Origin: an uncultured Bacteroidota bacterium
GTDB taxonomy: Bacteria; Bacteroidota; Bacteroidia; Chitinophagales; Chitinophagaceae
NCBI GenBank assembly: GCA_963731245.1
Contig: CAVSVA010000019.1
Location: 165,404-229,403 of the forward strand
Direction of reading: 5' to 3'
DNA: 64,000 nt
In this document: one piece after another, positions 34,735 to 46,178 of the stretch
How positions within the stretch are numbered: the first letter of the stretch is position 1
How the letters are laid out: each line of letters starts with the position of its first letter
The notes under the pieces: model-generated
Seen by the model: only the letters and a program-made list of their open reading frames with translations
Databases searched by the model: none
Told to the model about the DNA's origin: nothing
Made by a program: the position numbers and the translations under genes

Positions 34735-37700
34735 TAACCTTCCTTATTTGTAACCATTTCTTCATCCCTGTTCGCACTTTAGCCAAATAATTTACATTAG
34801 GAAAGTATGCAGCTGTTCCAAAGAATAAATAATCTCAGTTGTATTATTTACACTCATTTGCGTTACAGCACTTTGTTATCATTGACGTTACCAAATACAA
34901 TTGCAATTGCTTGGGCAGGCTTGCTGACAGGCAGTTTGCACATCAGCATATTATCTGCCGTTACTGCATTTGTGTTTAATGGCCTGCTTTGCTTTTTTGC
35001 CTGTAAGTTTTCCATCCTGGTAAACGTTGCACACAGAAAGAACATTTTTCCATCACACCACGTGATCTAACCGTAACATCAGGATTTAAAACCATTCTTG
35101 GTTAAGGTCTTCATTCATTATAAGCACTGCAGGATCAAGTTTTCCAACACCGCTCAAATTCTGGTTATCCGGAAAACTATCTGCTCCGGTATAATCAGCC
35201 CAGTTAAAACGACGCACTTTATACGGGCAGTTATTAGCGCAATATTTTGTGCCAATGCAACGGTTATACGCCATTTGATTTAAGCCTTCGCTGCTGTGGT
35301 TGGTAGCGCTCAACAGGGCAAACATTTTCACAAGGCGCATTATCGCAATGCTGGCACATTAAAGGCTGAAAAACAACATGCGGATTTTCCATATCGCCGC
35401 TGTAATAGCGGTCAATACGCATCCAGTGCATATCATGAAAACGTTTTACTTCGCTTTTACCAACAATCGGAACATTATTTTCCTAAATGCAGGCAACCAC
35501 ACAGGCACCGCAGCCAATACAACTGTTCAAATCAACACTCATTCCCCAGTGAATACCCGGCTTGTCGTAATAAGGGTAAATGGTGCCTTCTTTTTCGTAA
35601 GCCGGTAACCCTCCAAAATGATCTGCTTCTTTTTCCCGGTCTTTTAATATTTCTTCAGGTTCGCTTTAAAATGAGCTAATGTTAGTTCTTTCATTACATC
35701 AGTTCTGTTGCCGGTTACAGTTGTATAAATATTGTGTGTTTGAATTTGAGCAATGTCAGCTCTGTCGCCCGTTTTTTCAACCGTAACATCAGTTACAACA
35801 CAACTGGTATTAGTGCCATTGAAAGATGCAAAATGGAAATACATCCTGGCCAACATTTTCTGAAACCTTTTCCAACTTTGCGGTACGGCCATAACCAACC
35901 GCAATGCCAATTACGTTTGGATGAACGCCCGGTACAATTAATATAGGCAAAGACACAGAGTCTTTTCCATTAACCGTAACTTTTATCACATCTTTTGCAG
36001 GGTGAACTTCGTAAGCATCCGCTTCGCCATTATCGTTCAAATCAATACCCAATAAACTTTTACCCATTGCTGGAGAAATAATAACATAATTATCCCATGT
36101 TGCCCTTGTTACAGGGTCTGGTAATTCCTGCAGCCACGGGTTAGTTGCGCCTTCGCCGCAACCGATACCTACTTTTTTATACAACACCAATTCTGTTGCA
36201 CCTGCTTTTGGTAAACTATTTATTGCAGTTACGGCATTATTTACAGAACCGCCGTTGTAACTGCCTGCATTACCTGTTCTTGCGGGCGCAGTTGTATTTG
36301 AGGTTGCGGCAGTACTATCTGTTGCAGACCTGCCCGTATTATTTGTAAGAGAAATATTTGTTGAAGCATTATTAATTACACCATCCTGAAGTGCTTTATC
36401 AAAAGCTGTTTCGCCGCCAACTTTGCCAACCCAGTAATTTTTAAAGAAGGTTTGATAATCTGTTGCAGCGCCAGACCATTTCAATAAACTATCCTGCCAC
36501 TGACGTGTTTTAAATAGCGGATTGATAGTTGGCTGCATTAATGAAACAAAACCTGATTTTGGTTCTGCATCGCCCCAGCTTTCTAAAAAGTGATGATCAG
36601 GAATTACATATTTGCAAAGTTGTGTGGTTTCATCATTTTTTGGGTTGAATGAAACGGTGGCTTTTACATTCTTCAAGGCATTTATAAATGTTTTGGCATC
36701 GTTCCAGGTATATGCAGGATTTGCACCGTGAATAATTAAAGCGCCGATCTTTCCTGCATTCATATCGTTTACAAGTGCAGCAAAATCAGCGTCAATACCT
36801 GCTTTGCTCTTATTGGTAACAGACCAATCAATTGTAGTGCCGCCAGCACCAATTGCATTATTAATGGCATTTACAACCTGCTGAATATTTGGATCGTTGC
36901 TGCCGCATACCACTACTGCTGCGCCATGGTTTGCACTTAAATCTTTTGCTGCTTTTGCAATACCGGCTTTTAGTTTTGCATCAGTTATGTTAGATTGCAC
37001 CTGCCCGGTTAAAGCATTTAATAAGGCAACCGCAACCGCTCCTGTTTCAGAAGGTTGGTGTATATAACGTTCATCAGCATTAGAACCGGTTAAGCTTAAA
37101 ATAGATTCAAACTGGTAATGTTTGCTCATGGCAGGGTTCATCTCATTTATTTTTCTGCCCACTGCATACTGAGTAGCAAATTCAACAGGGCTTAACCATG
37201 TTCCCAAAAAATCTGCACCTAAACTAACAATAACTTTTGCTTTATCGAAATTATATGATGGGATGGCGCGCTTGCCATAACTCGCTTCATTTGCCAGCAA
37301 TAAACCGGTGTAAGAATCAGCATCATAAATTACATGCCTGCTTCCCGGATATTTGCCCAAAAACTGGTTGATGGCTTCTAAACCTGTTGGAGAATTAATA
37401 GTGCTTGTAAGCAATACCACCGGTGCACCGCCAAGATCTGCCAAAGCCTGGGCAATGGACTGATCAATAGATTCAAGCGTTACTTCTTTACCATCAATTG
37501 TGGGAAAGCGAAGCCTTGCCGTATCATACAAACTTAAAACAGAAGCCTGCACTTTTGCAGATGTTCCGCCTTTGGTTATGGGCGATAAAGTGTTGCCTTC
37601 AATTTTAATGGGGCGGCCATCTCTTACTTTAGCTAAAACGCTTACCGCTTCACCATCCTGAACATACGTAGTGGCATAATAATTTGCAACGCCCGGAACA

Positions 37701-37945
37701 ATGTCTTCTGGTTTATTAGCAAAAGGAATTGTTTTTCTTACCGGCATTTCGCAACTGGCAGCAAGTAAAGCCGCTGTTGTGCTAAAGCCAAGATATTTTA
37801 AAAAATCTCTTCTTTGTGTGGGCGCTTTAAATAATTTGCCGGAAAGCTCAAAAGGTAATTCTTCACGAAACTCATCTTCAGCGCCTTGTTTTGAAGCCTC
37901 ACTTTCATTCAGCTCACTAAAATTTTGCCAGTACTTTTTCTCCAT
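34734..37945 (-). CDS. actB: Alternative complex III subunit ActB (Tat-variant molybdopterin oxidoreductase-like plus Fe-S domain); 3' third frameshifted
   Basis: KKYWQ N-terminus, RRDFLK Tat motif, [57 protein letters not shown] and NVNYLAKVR motifs. Confidence 0.9.
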
Positions 37946-37973
37946 AATATAATGTTCGTATCCTTATACTATC

Positions 37974-39233
37974 TTAATAATGACATTTTTGACATTCAGC
38001 ACCACCTATATCTTTTACCGTTACACTATCCATCCTGTGATTCTTTATATCTTCTTTATATTTTTCATACATGCTGTAAAAACCGTTATTATCAAACTGA
38101 ACTTTTGTTGTGCGATGACAATTTAAACACCAACCCATACTTAAAGGCGCAAACTGAAACATTTCATTGTAAGTGGTTACATTTCCATGGCAGGTTTGGC
38201 ACTGAACGCGGCCTGCATTTACGTGTTGTGCATGGCTAAAGAAAACATGATCGGGTAAATTATGAATGCGCACCCATTCAATTGGTTTTGCTTTGGAAGC
38301 ATCCCAGGGTTTGCCAGGTTCATATCCCGCATATTTATATAATTTTTGAATTTCTGCCGTTCCGTTTATTTCGTTGCCATTTCCGTCAACTATTTTCTCT
38401 CCTTTATATTCATTGATGGCCATGTGGCAATTCATACAAATATTTACAGATGGAACAGTTGCCTGTTTGCCCTGGTAAACACCAATATGGCAATACTGGC
38501 AATTTATTTGGTTAATGCCCGGATGCACTTTATGCGAAAAGAAAATAGGCTGTCTTGGCTCATACTTTTGCTGCCTGCCCAAACCAATGGCGCCCTGCGT
38601 AATATAATAACCGCCAATTAAAAACAACACCAGTGTAACTATTGTGATGTAGGTTTTATTTCTGTAAAAAGGTATAGGCTCTAATGAAGGAATGCCTTCT
38701 TTATCATCTGCCATCTTTTTAAGATTGGCATTTATATATAATAATGTAAAGGCAACAATGGCAAGAATTAAAGTAAGCACTCCATATAGCAATGCTTTAT
38801 CACCGTTTTCTTGGGGTGACTGAGTTTGCGTTCCGGGTGCTGCGGTTGAAGCTGTGGCAGTAGCTTTGCCTGCTTCAGATTTTACATAAGCAAGAATGGC
38901 ATCAATGTCTTTATCAGTTAACTGCGGAAAAGCAGTCATCTGTACTTTATTGTTTTCATTAAACAGGCTTACTGCATAAGGGTAACCGCTTTGAATAACT
39001 TTAGTGCTGTTATGCACCCAATCATAAATTTTATTTTTATCGGGCCAGCGGTCTTGCACACCTGCCAGTGCAGGCCCTACAAGTTTTGTATCCACTTTAT
39101 GGCAAGAGGCGCAATTTGCCTGAAAAAGTGCATGGCCATCCTGCGAAAAAGATGTAACAGAAATTAAAAAACCTGTTATTAAAAATACGGAAACTATCGA
39201 GGCTTTTACTAAGGTTATTCGTCTTTTAAGCAT
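37974..39233 (-). CDS. actA: Alternative complex III multiheme cytochrome c ActA (6 CxxCH)
   Basis: N-terminal CASCH monoheme domain, two TM helices, then CQYCH, CMNCH, CQTCH, CLNCH and CQKCH; LPDHVFFSHAQH. Confidence 0.92.
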   Translation of the reverse strand: MLKRRITLVKASIVSVFLITGFLISVTSFSQDGHALFQANCASCHKVDTKLVGPALAGVQDRWPDKNKIYDWVHNSTKVIQSGYPYAVSLFNENNKVQMTAFPQLTDKDIDAILAYVKSEAGKATATASTAAPGTQTQSPQENGDKALLYGVLTLILAIVAFTLLYINANLKKMADDKEGIPSLEPIPFYRNKTYITIVTLVLFLIGGYYITQGAIGLGRQQKYEPRQPIFFSHKVHPGINQINCQYCHIGVYQGKQATVPSVNICMNCHMAINEYKGEKIVDGNGNEINGTAEIQKLYKYAGYEPGKPWDASKAKPIEWVRIHNLPDHVFFSHAQHVNAGRVQCQTCHGNVTTYNEMFQFAPLSMGWCLNCHRTTKVQFDNNGFYSMYEKYKEDIKNHRMDSVTVKDIGGAECQKCHY

Positions 39234-39384
39234 ATCACAAATCTGGTTGTTGCGATGTTGATAAATCTTTCGGACAGCGACAAAAATATGACAGGATACT
39301 GACAATTCACATATCATAAAAAATTTTTTTTAACAATAATCATTGTTTAAGTTAAGCGCTTTTAAAGCTTTTACTTTGCAGGCA

Positions 39385-39981
39385 ATGAATGGGCTTCCTA
39401 AAAAAAAAATTGCTGTTTTTGCTTCCGGCACAGGAACAAATGCGGCTAACATCATTCAATATTTTTCTGATAAACAAACAGCACAGGTTGCGCTTATTGT
39501 TTGCAACAACGCAAATGCGGGCGTTTTAAAAATTGCAGCAGACAATAACATTCCATCTGTCATCATTCAAAAAGAAAATTTTTTTAAAGGCGATGCTTAT
39601 TTACCTGAATTAAAAAATGCAGGCATACATTTTATTGTGCTTGCAGGTTTTTTATGGAAAATTCCATCTTTAATAATACAAACTTTCCGGGATCGTATCA
39701 TCAACATCCATCCTGCATTGCTGCCCAAATTTGGCGGCAAAGGCATGTATGGAAATTTTGTGCACGAAGCAGTTTTATCAGCCAAAGAAAAACAAAGTGG
39801 CATAACCATACATTTTGTTGATGAGTTGTATGATAATGGAAAAACTATTTTTCAAACTACCTGCCCGGTTTATGAAAATGATACAACAGAAACTTTGGCC
39901 AAACGTATTCATGAACTTGAATACAAATATTTTCCAAAAGTGATTGAAGAACTGATTTGTGGAAATGAAGTAAAGCAGTAA
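39385..39981 (+). CDS. purN: Phosphoribosylglycinamide formyltransferase
   Basis: IAVFASGTGTNA, LAGF, INIHPALLP, GITIHFV and D.G motifs. Confidence 0.95.
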   Translation: MNGLPKKKIAVFASGTGTNAANIIQYFSDKQTAQVALIVCNNANAGVLKIAADNNIPSVIIQKENFFKGDAYLPELKNAGIHFIVLAGFLWKIPSLIIQTFRDRIINIHPALLPKFGGKGMYGNFVHEAVLSAKEKQSGITIHFVDELYDNGKTIFQTTCPVYENDTTETLAKRIHELEYKYFPKVIEELICGNEVKQ

Positions 39982-39986
39982 AAAAC

Positions 39987-40103
39987 TTATCTTTTAAATA
40001 AACCAAAGATCCAATCAACCAGCATAATAATTATAATACCGCCAACAATAATTATAGCAAAAACGTAAGGCATTAATTTTTTATTTTCATCATTATGTTG
40101 CAT
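39987..40103 (-). CDS. Unannotated 38-aa single-pass membrane microprotein
   Basis: Hand translation MQHNDENKKLMPYVFAIIIVGGIIIIMLVDWIFGLFKR*; below the ORF-track cutoff; fills the purN-helicase gap. Confidence 0.45.
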   Translation of the reverse strand: MQHNDENKKLMPYVFAIIIVGGIIIIMLVDWIFGLFKR

Positions 40104-40177
40104 AAAAACGCATTAACCTGCAAATTATATTTTTAAGAATTTGGATTGAAATCTTAATTTAATATTGGTATATATAA

Positions 40178-42690
40178 TTAAATGTTTTCTTTTATTTTTT
40201 GCCATTCTTTTGCAGCAAGCACCATTTTAATTTCACCAAAACTTACGGCATCGCCTAATTTTTGTTTGATGGGCGCAATGGTGTTGCCATCATAATTTTC
40301 AAGATGCGGTTCTATTAAAACAAGCTTTTCTGTTTGCACCAATTCATTTACAGAAATCATTCCGCGTTGCACATAAAATGTAAGATGGCTTTCAATAGTT
40401 GAAACAGCAAGATTGCGCAGTTTGGCAACTTCAGTAACAGATTTTCCTTCTTTATATAAATTATAACTGATGGCTTTGCTGTCGTCTTTTTCCTGCTTAA
40501 TTATTTTTTCTTTACGTTCTTTTTTTGGTTGCTTTTCATGCATGGATGATGATAGCTGATTGGCTTCGCAATACTCACGGATTATTTTTAAAAACATACC
40601 GCCGTATTGTTTTGCTTTTGCAGAACCAAAGCCTGTTATCTTAACAATATCATCAACGGTTTGCGGAAGATATGCTGCCATTTCGTCGATGGTTGCACTG
40701 CCCGCAACATAATAAACAGGCATATTTTTTTGATCGCAGATTTTATTACGCAACTCTCTTAATTGTTTATGCAATAAAGGATGCGGGCTTTCAATTTTTT
40801 TATCAGATGCAGTTGCATAAGCATTTGCAGCAAATGGCGGAACTATAAAACTTTTTTTATGCTGATAATAATTGTTTACAGAAAAATTTTCAGCACAACA
40901 ATGCATCAAATGTTTTTTTTCTGCTATTAAAATAAAAACTTCTTTTAATAAATCGTTGTATGCTTTTGCATGTTGCTTGCTGTCTGTTGATGCAGGTGAT
41001 TGTTTAATTTGATCAGCAATTTCATCAAGCTTATTTATAAAATAATTTGCTGCAGAAGATAAGCGTTCATTAAGCTGATTGTTTGCTTCAGGCAATACAT
41101 CGTTTTCAAAAAGATGACGAAGCTGCGCTTTAAATTTTTCTGCAATCGTTTTAAGCGAAAGCAACTTTTCTTCAACATCATCAATCTATAATATTAATTC
41201 ATTATTAAAAGCAGCCGCATTATCTTTTACTGTTGTATTTAATTCTGCATATTGTTGCATGATGGCTGCAAAATCAAACAACAATACAATAATATTTTGC
41301 TGGTATAATTTTTTTGACTGAAACAACTCATACTGCAACTGCGCTTCAGAATTATTGTTTGCAGAAAATTGCAGAATGCGGGCATCTGTATGCAAACCAG
41401 ATGCGGTTATATTGCTTTTAAGCACCATGCCTTTAAGCGATGTGCAGCGGCTGAGCGCAACATACACCTGGCCCGGCGCAAACGCACGGCCAGCATCAAT
41501 TACAGCTTTCTCAAACGTTAAACCCTGGCTTTTATGAATGGTGATTGACCACGCAAGCCGCAACGGATATTGACTGAATGTGCCCACAACTTCTTCTTCT
41601 AATTGCTGCGTTTGCCTGTTGATGGAATAACGCATATTTTCCCAGGTTTCTTTGTGCACTTCAATGGCTTCATCTTCATTTTTTGACTGCACAAAAATTG
41701 CATCGTTTTTAATTTCTGTAACAATGCCGATCTTTCCATTAAAATATCTTTTTGCTTTGTCTTTATCATTTTTAATAAACATAACCTGCGCACCAATTTT
41801 TAGTTCAAGCAATTCATCTGCAGGATAAAATTTTTCATTAAACTCTCCTGTTATTTCAGCTTTAAAAGCATATAATTTTTGTTTGAGTTTTGCAAGTTCT
41901 GCAGCGTTGGTTTTATCAGATGCATAATTATGCGTTGTAAGAAAAATATAACCATCATCATTATTTAATTCAAACCAGGGATCGTAACGGCTGTTTAATA
42001 ATTGCATGCTTTCGTTGCTTATATTGTTATGACGCACTTCATTCAAAAGCTGGATAAATGTTTCATCTGACTGGCGATAAATTTTATTGAATTCAATGTG
42101 CACCGGCGGATGTTGTTGCATAACCTGGCTATCAAAAAAATAAACGCTTTTATAAAACGGTGAAAGCAATTTCCATTCTTCATCGGGCATAATTGGCGGC
42201 AATTGAAACATATCGCCGATAAGCAAAATCTGAACGCCGCCAAAGGGTTCATTGTATTGCGATAACGAAAATGCCGGAGCACCGTATCAATTGCGTCTAA
42301 AGTATCGCAACGCACCATGCTTATTTCATCAATAATTAATAATTCAAGTTGTTGCAAAACTTTGCGTTTTTCGCTGTTCAACCGCATTCTTCCCAAAAGA
42401 CTGTGCTTATTTACAACTTCATTGTTTTGCATAAAACCTTTTGCTTCAGGAATGAAAGGCGATAAAGGCAGTTGAAAAAAAGAATGAATGGTTGCGCCGC
42501 CTGCATTTATGGCCGCAACACCGGTTGGCGCAGTTACAGCAATTTGCTTTATGCAATTTTGTTTGATGTATTTTAAGAAAGTTGTTTTGCCTGTGCCTGC
42601 TTTGCCGGTAAGAAAAATATTGCGATTGCTTTCGTTAACCAGGTTTACAGCAAGCTGAAATATTTCGTTACTATGGTTTATTGGTTGCAT
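40178..42690 (-). CDS. Pif1-like (SF1B) helicase with HRDC and C-terminal HTH; two frameshifts
   Basis: TGKAGTGKTT, APTGVAA, IIDEISM, GDMFQLPP, TIHKSQGLTF and YVALSR; HRDC-like LRELRNKI...TGFG..KAKQYG; HTH SVTEVAKLRNLAVSTIESHL. Confidence 0.88.
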
Positions 42691-42959
42691 AAAAAGTTAA
42701 GGTAACATTTTTTAGGAAGATAGGCGGCAAACAAGATAACTATTATGCAAACCCATTATGATGTGTGGAAATTTTTTCTTTTAACATTAGATTAAAGCAA
42801 AAAATATTAACGCTGTTATTATTTTATTTTTTAAACAAATATGTTTTGAATGATGCTTAAAACAATTGTTTAATAAATTATCATCGGCACATTCAGCGTT
42901 ATAAATTTTGTACAGGTCTGGTTTTTGATGTAACAATTAAACAATAAATCTTCAACAAA

Positions 42960-43379
42960 ATGAAAAGGCCAGATCACGTTCCAACATTTTCAAAAGCACT
43001 TTTATCTGGTGCACTTACAGGGCTTGCCGTAGCCGTACTAAATATTATTTACAACGTTATCTTCAGAGGAATTACGAGGTACCTGCCATCAGAAGAATTT
43101 AATATTGTTTCCATAGCGCTTGGTTCTGTAATTATTTTAATGCTTCTTGGAATGTTGTTTTTTTTGTTTATAAAATATGTAAACGTAACAGCCTTTGTAA
43201 TTGCAGTAATCATTTTAATTATAGGTTGCATTTGTATAACTGCGTTTGTACATGCCAACCCAAGCGAGCCGGCTTTTTATGGCAATCACGGTTTAATTGC
43301 CGGTTTTTTATTTATAAGCGGATTGCTTGCATTAACGCTTATGCCTTATTTATACAATCATCCTAAATTATATATTTAA
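42960..43379 (+). CDS. Hypothetical 4-TM membrane protein
   Basis: 139-aa ORF with four hydrophobic segments and an A-rich translation start. Confidence 0.7.
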   Translation: MKRPDHVPTFSKALLSGALTGLAVAVLNIIYNVIFRGITRYLPSEEFNIVSIALGSVIILMLLGMLFFLFIKYVNVTAFVIAVIILIIGCICITAFVHANPSEPAFYGNHGLIAGFLFISGLLALTLMPYLYNHPKLYI

Positions 43380-43676
43380 GCAGCGTTTGTTTCAATTGTT
43401 TTTTATGGTAAGCTCTGAAGAATATTAAACTAAACATTATTCAGATGAAATGTTTGGTTTAACCTTGCTTTTAAATTTTTATATAGGTTTAAAGTAAAAC
43501 TTAAAAGCACTTTGGAATACAAAGTAAATAGAAATTACCCTCTAAAAAAAATTGTTCGGAATGAAATTTGTTTTCGTTAATCGCTCACTTATTTACCTTT
43601 GACCGCTTCAGAATATGCTGTGGAAACATGTAAGGCATTGCTGATTTGTTATTATTCTGAACAAAAACTTTTAATT

Positions 43677-44147
43677 ATGGAAAGGATATCTTTTAATGAA
43701 TCACCTGCCGCTTATCATGCAATGAAACAATTACAAGATTATGTTGATAATTGCGGTCTTGATAAAAAACTTTTAGAACTAATGCGTTTCAGAATTTCGC
43801 AGATCAACAGTTGTGCATACTGTCTTGACATGCATTTTAAAGAAGCTGTTGAAATGGGCGAAACGCCCTTGCGTTTGTTTTCTCTTTCTGCATGGAGAGA
43901 AACGCCTTATTATACACCAAAAGAAGAAGCTGTTCTTGCATTTGCAGAAACGCTTACGAAGTTGCCTGCAGATGAAAGAAGTGATAACATTCATGATGAA
44001 TTGAATAAATATTTTTCAAAACAGGAAATTGTTAATCTTACACTTGCTGTTGTAGCAATTAATGGATGGAATCGTATTACAAGATCTTTTGGCTCAACGC
44101 CGGGAAAATATAAAACAACACACGTTCCAAAAATTTCTGAGAATTGA
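43677..44147 (+). CDS. Carboxymuconolactone decarboxylase / AhpD-like protein
   Basis: RISQINSCAYCLDMH, LSAWRE and INGWNR motifs. Confidence 0.9.
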   Translation: MERISFNESPAAYHAMKQLQDYVDNCGLDKKLLELMRFRISQINSCAYCLDMHFKEAVEMGETPLRLFSLSAWRETPYYTPKEEAVLAFAETLTKLPADERSDNIHDELNKYFSKQEIVNLTLAVVAINGWNRITRSFGSTPGKYKTTHVPKISEN

Positions 44148-44256
44148 TAAACGGAAAGGGGCTTACAAATCAGCAGCTTCTTTTATTAATCCTTTGATAA
44201 AATGCACCTGCTTCACAACTCATCTTTTTGTGAAGCATGTATCATAATAATTTTCT

Positions 44257-45369
44257 TTACAACTTAAAAAATATTTTCTTTTTGAATAAAAAATAGCAAA
44301 GATTCCATTCAAGAAAAAAAATAATCAGCGAGGAAATAATGAGTGATAAATAACCCGGAACATTAATCATTTTCATTAAGCCACTACTGATGGCTGTGAT
44401 GTAATTATTAAACCACCTTGATCCTACAATTTCAAAAAACAAATAAATAAATAAAGAATTCATGCCTGTAACAAGAAAAAATAAAAGATACTTTTTATGT
44501 GTTTTAATGTCAATCCACCAATAACAAAAAGCAAGGCCAAGCAAGCACCAGCCTAACGATGCAAGCGTAAACGAAGACGTGGCAATGCGTTTGATGATTG
44601 GTGTAATATTCAGCAGGTTTAATCCGTATCCGGCTATTAAACATATCGCTGCCCATATTAATAGATGCTTTATCTTATTGTTTTTGTTGCTTAAAAAAAG
44701 TTTGCCGGTTAATGCGCCTGCAATGGTATGTACAGCAGTTGGTATGCAATTAATAGCAACCCAGCCATCGCCATTAATTTTATTCATTAAAATAAGATCA
44801 ACGTAATTGCCAAAATTGTGCTGATCAGTAAACGGTTCATTAAAATTGGGAACGTTGGTAAACCGATACAATACTTCGGTTAACAATAAAAGAAAAACAC
44901 AGAAAATAATTTGGGCTGTATTACTCCAGTTAAAAATTAAGAAAGTAATTAGCGTAGTGAAAGATAATTGTGTAAGTACATCCCACAGCTCGAAACTTAA
45001 GCCACTTGGTCTAACTGCATAATCAAGAACGCCCCAAAAAAATAACCAGCCGCAACGCTTTAATGTTTTTATAAAAGATGCGTTCCAACTCATGCGCTGC
45101 GCACGCTGTTTTTTAAGTGAGTAAGCCATAGAAACACCCGCCATAAACATAAAGCCGGGTTGAATCAAATCCCAAAAATGCAAGCCATGCCAGGGATGAT
45201 GAAAAAATTGTTGTATAAAAAAATGGAATGACGTGCCTTGCGTAAGCGCAGATAAATGCTCATATAAACCAGTGCTTTCAAGCGTAAGCAGCACCATAAT
45301 AAACCCACGCATAAAATCAAGCGAAAGCAACCGGTTTGATATAACCGGCGGAAAAATTTCTGCCTTCAT
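44257..45369 (-). CDS. HGSNAT-like membrane acyltransferase (DUF5009 / NagX-like)
   Basis: RLLSLDFMRG, HHPWHG..WDLIQPGFMF, PIIKRIATSSF and GMNS motifs. Confidence 0.82.
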   Translation of the reverse strand: MKAEIFPPVISNRLLSLDFMRGFIMVLLTLESTGLYEHLSALTQGTSFHFFIQQFFHHPWHGLHFWDLIQPGFMFMAGVSMAYSLKKQRAQRMSWNASFIKTLKRCGWLFFWGVLDYAVRPSGLSFELWDVLTQLSFTTLITFLIFNWSNTAQIIFCVFLLLLTEVLYRFTNVPNFNEPFTDQHNFGNYVDLILMNKINGDGWVAINCIPTAVHTIAGALTGKLFLSNKNNKIKHLLIWAAICLIAGYGLNLLNITPIIKRIATSSFTLASLGWCLLGLAFCYWWIDIKTHKKYLLFFLVTGMNSLFIYLFFEIVGSRWFNNYITAISSGLMKMINVPGYLSLIISSLIIFFLEWNLCYFLFKKKIFFKL

Positions 45370-45484
45370 GTTTGTATTTTAAACACAAAATAAAAAATGC
45401 ATCGCAATGCTCTTTATATTATTGCTGATTATTCCTTTTGAGTAAAGAAATTTTTTTTGGAAGAGAAAATCGCTTCACTTACAA

Positions 45485-46054
45485 TTAATGTTTAAACGTT
45501 CTTAAAGTAATTGAATAACGCGTTTGTTTTACAGGCGCAATGCTGTGTTGCCAGTTCCACCTTGCATCATTTTGCATTGCATAAAGTGAGCGGCGTTCTA
45601 CGGGAAATGAAATAATGGATGAGCGTGTTTGTTTTGATTTCTCATACGGTCGCAATTTAAATGTGCAATCCGTAAGCAATGAAATGCCGGCAATTAAATC
45701 AAATTGCGGCACATCTCGATGCCAGTTAATAACAGCACCCGGCGGATATTCTGTAATCAGCAATTCTGCAAATTTGTTTTTTTCAATGGAAAGATGTTTC
45801 GCTGTTTTTTCAATAAGCCAATTAAATACCGCAGGAAAATCTTTTCCCTTGTTCAATTGATTGTTATCAAAATTATAATCATACCCAAAGCTTGCTGTTT
45901 TGCGGTTTGCTTTATAGCCGTGATAATTTAAGTTGTGTAATTCAATTTTTGATATTTGTTTATATAATTCTATTTCTTCATCTGCAGTTAAAAAATCAGG
46001 ATAATAATTAAATCCATCGGGAAAGTTTGGTTCTAAAGAGAATAAAGTGTTCAT
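45485..46054 (-). CDS. AlkB-like 2OG-Fe(II) dioxygenase
   Basis: EY.PG..INWHRD (HxD), WQHSI and RYSITLR motifs. Confidence 0.88.
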   Translation of the reverse strand: MNTLFSLEPNFPDGFNYYPDFLTADEEIELYKQISKIELHNLNYHGYKANRKTASFGYDYNFDNNQLNKGKDFPAVFNWLIEKTAKHLSIEKNKFAELLITEYPPGAVINWHRDVPQFDLIAGISLLTDCTFKLRPYEKSKQTRSSIISFPVERRSLYAMQNDARWNWQHSIAPVKQTRYSITLRTFKH

Positions 46055-46178
46055 GCTTTTGAAAGACAAATTTTTTACCAGAATGAAATGAATGCTGCTA
46101 ATTGAATTGAAAAGAGTTATGTATTACACGGCACATTGCAACAATAAAAAGATGCCTTTAAAGCAAACCAGTAACTAT

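Noticed and set aside
42914-42928. Possible sigma-54 promoter (GG-N10-GA, AGGTCTGGTTTTTGA) before the 4-TM gene
   Set aside because: The spacing fits, but the match to TGGCAC-N5-TTGC is too weak to support from one instance.
43380-43676. ncRNA or sORF in the AT-rich gap before the AhpD-like gene
   Set aside because: I saw no stable hairpins or convincing ORF; the longer ORF-track start at 43599 is likely an upstream extension.
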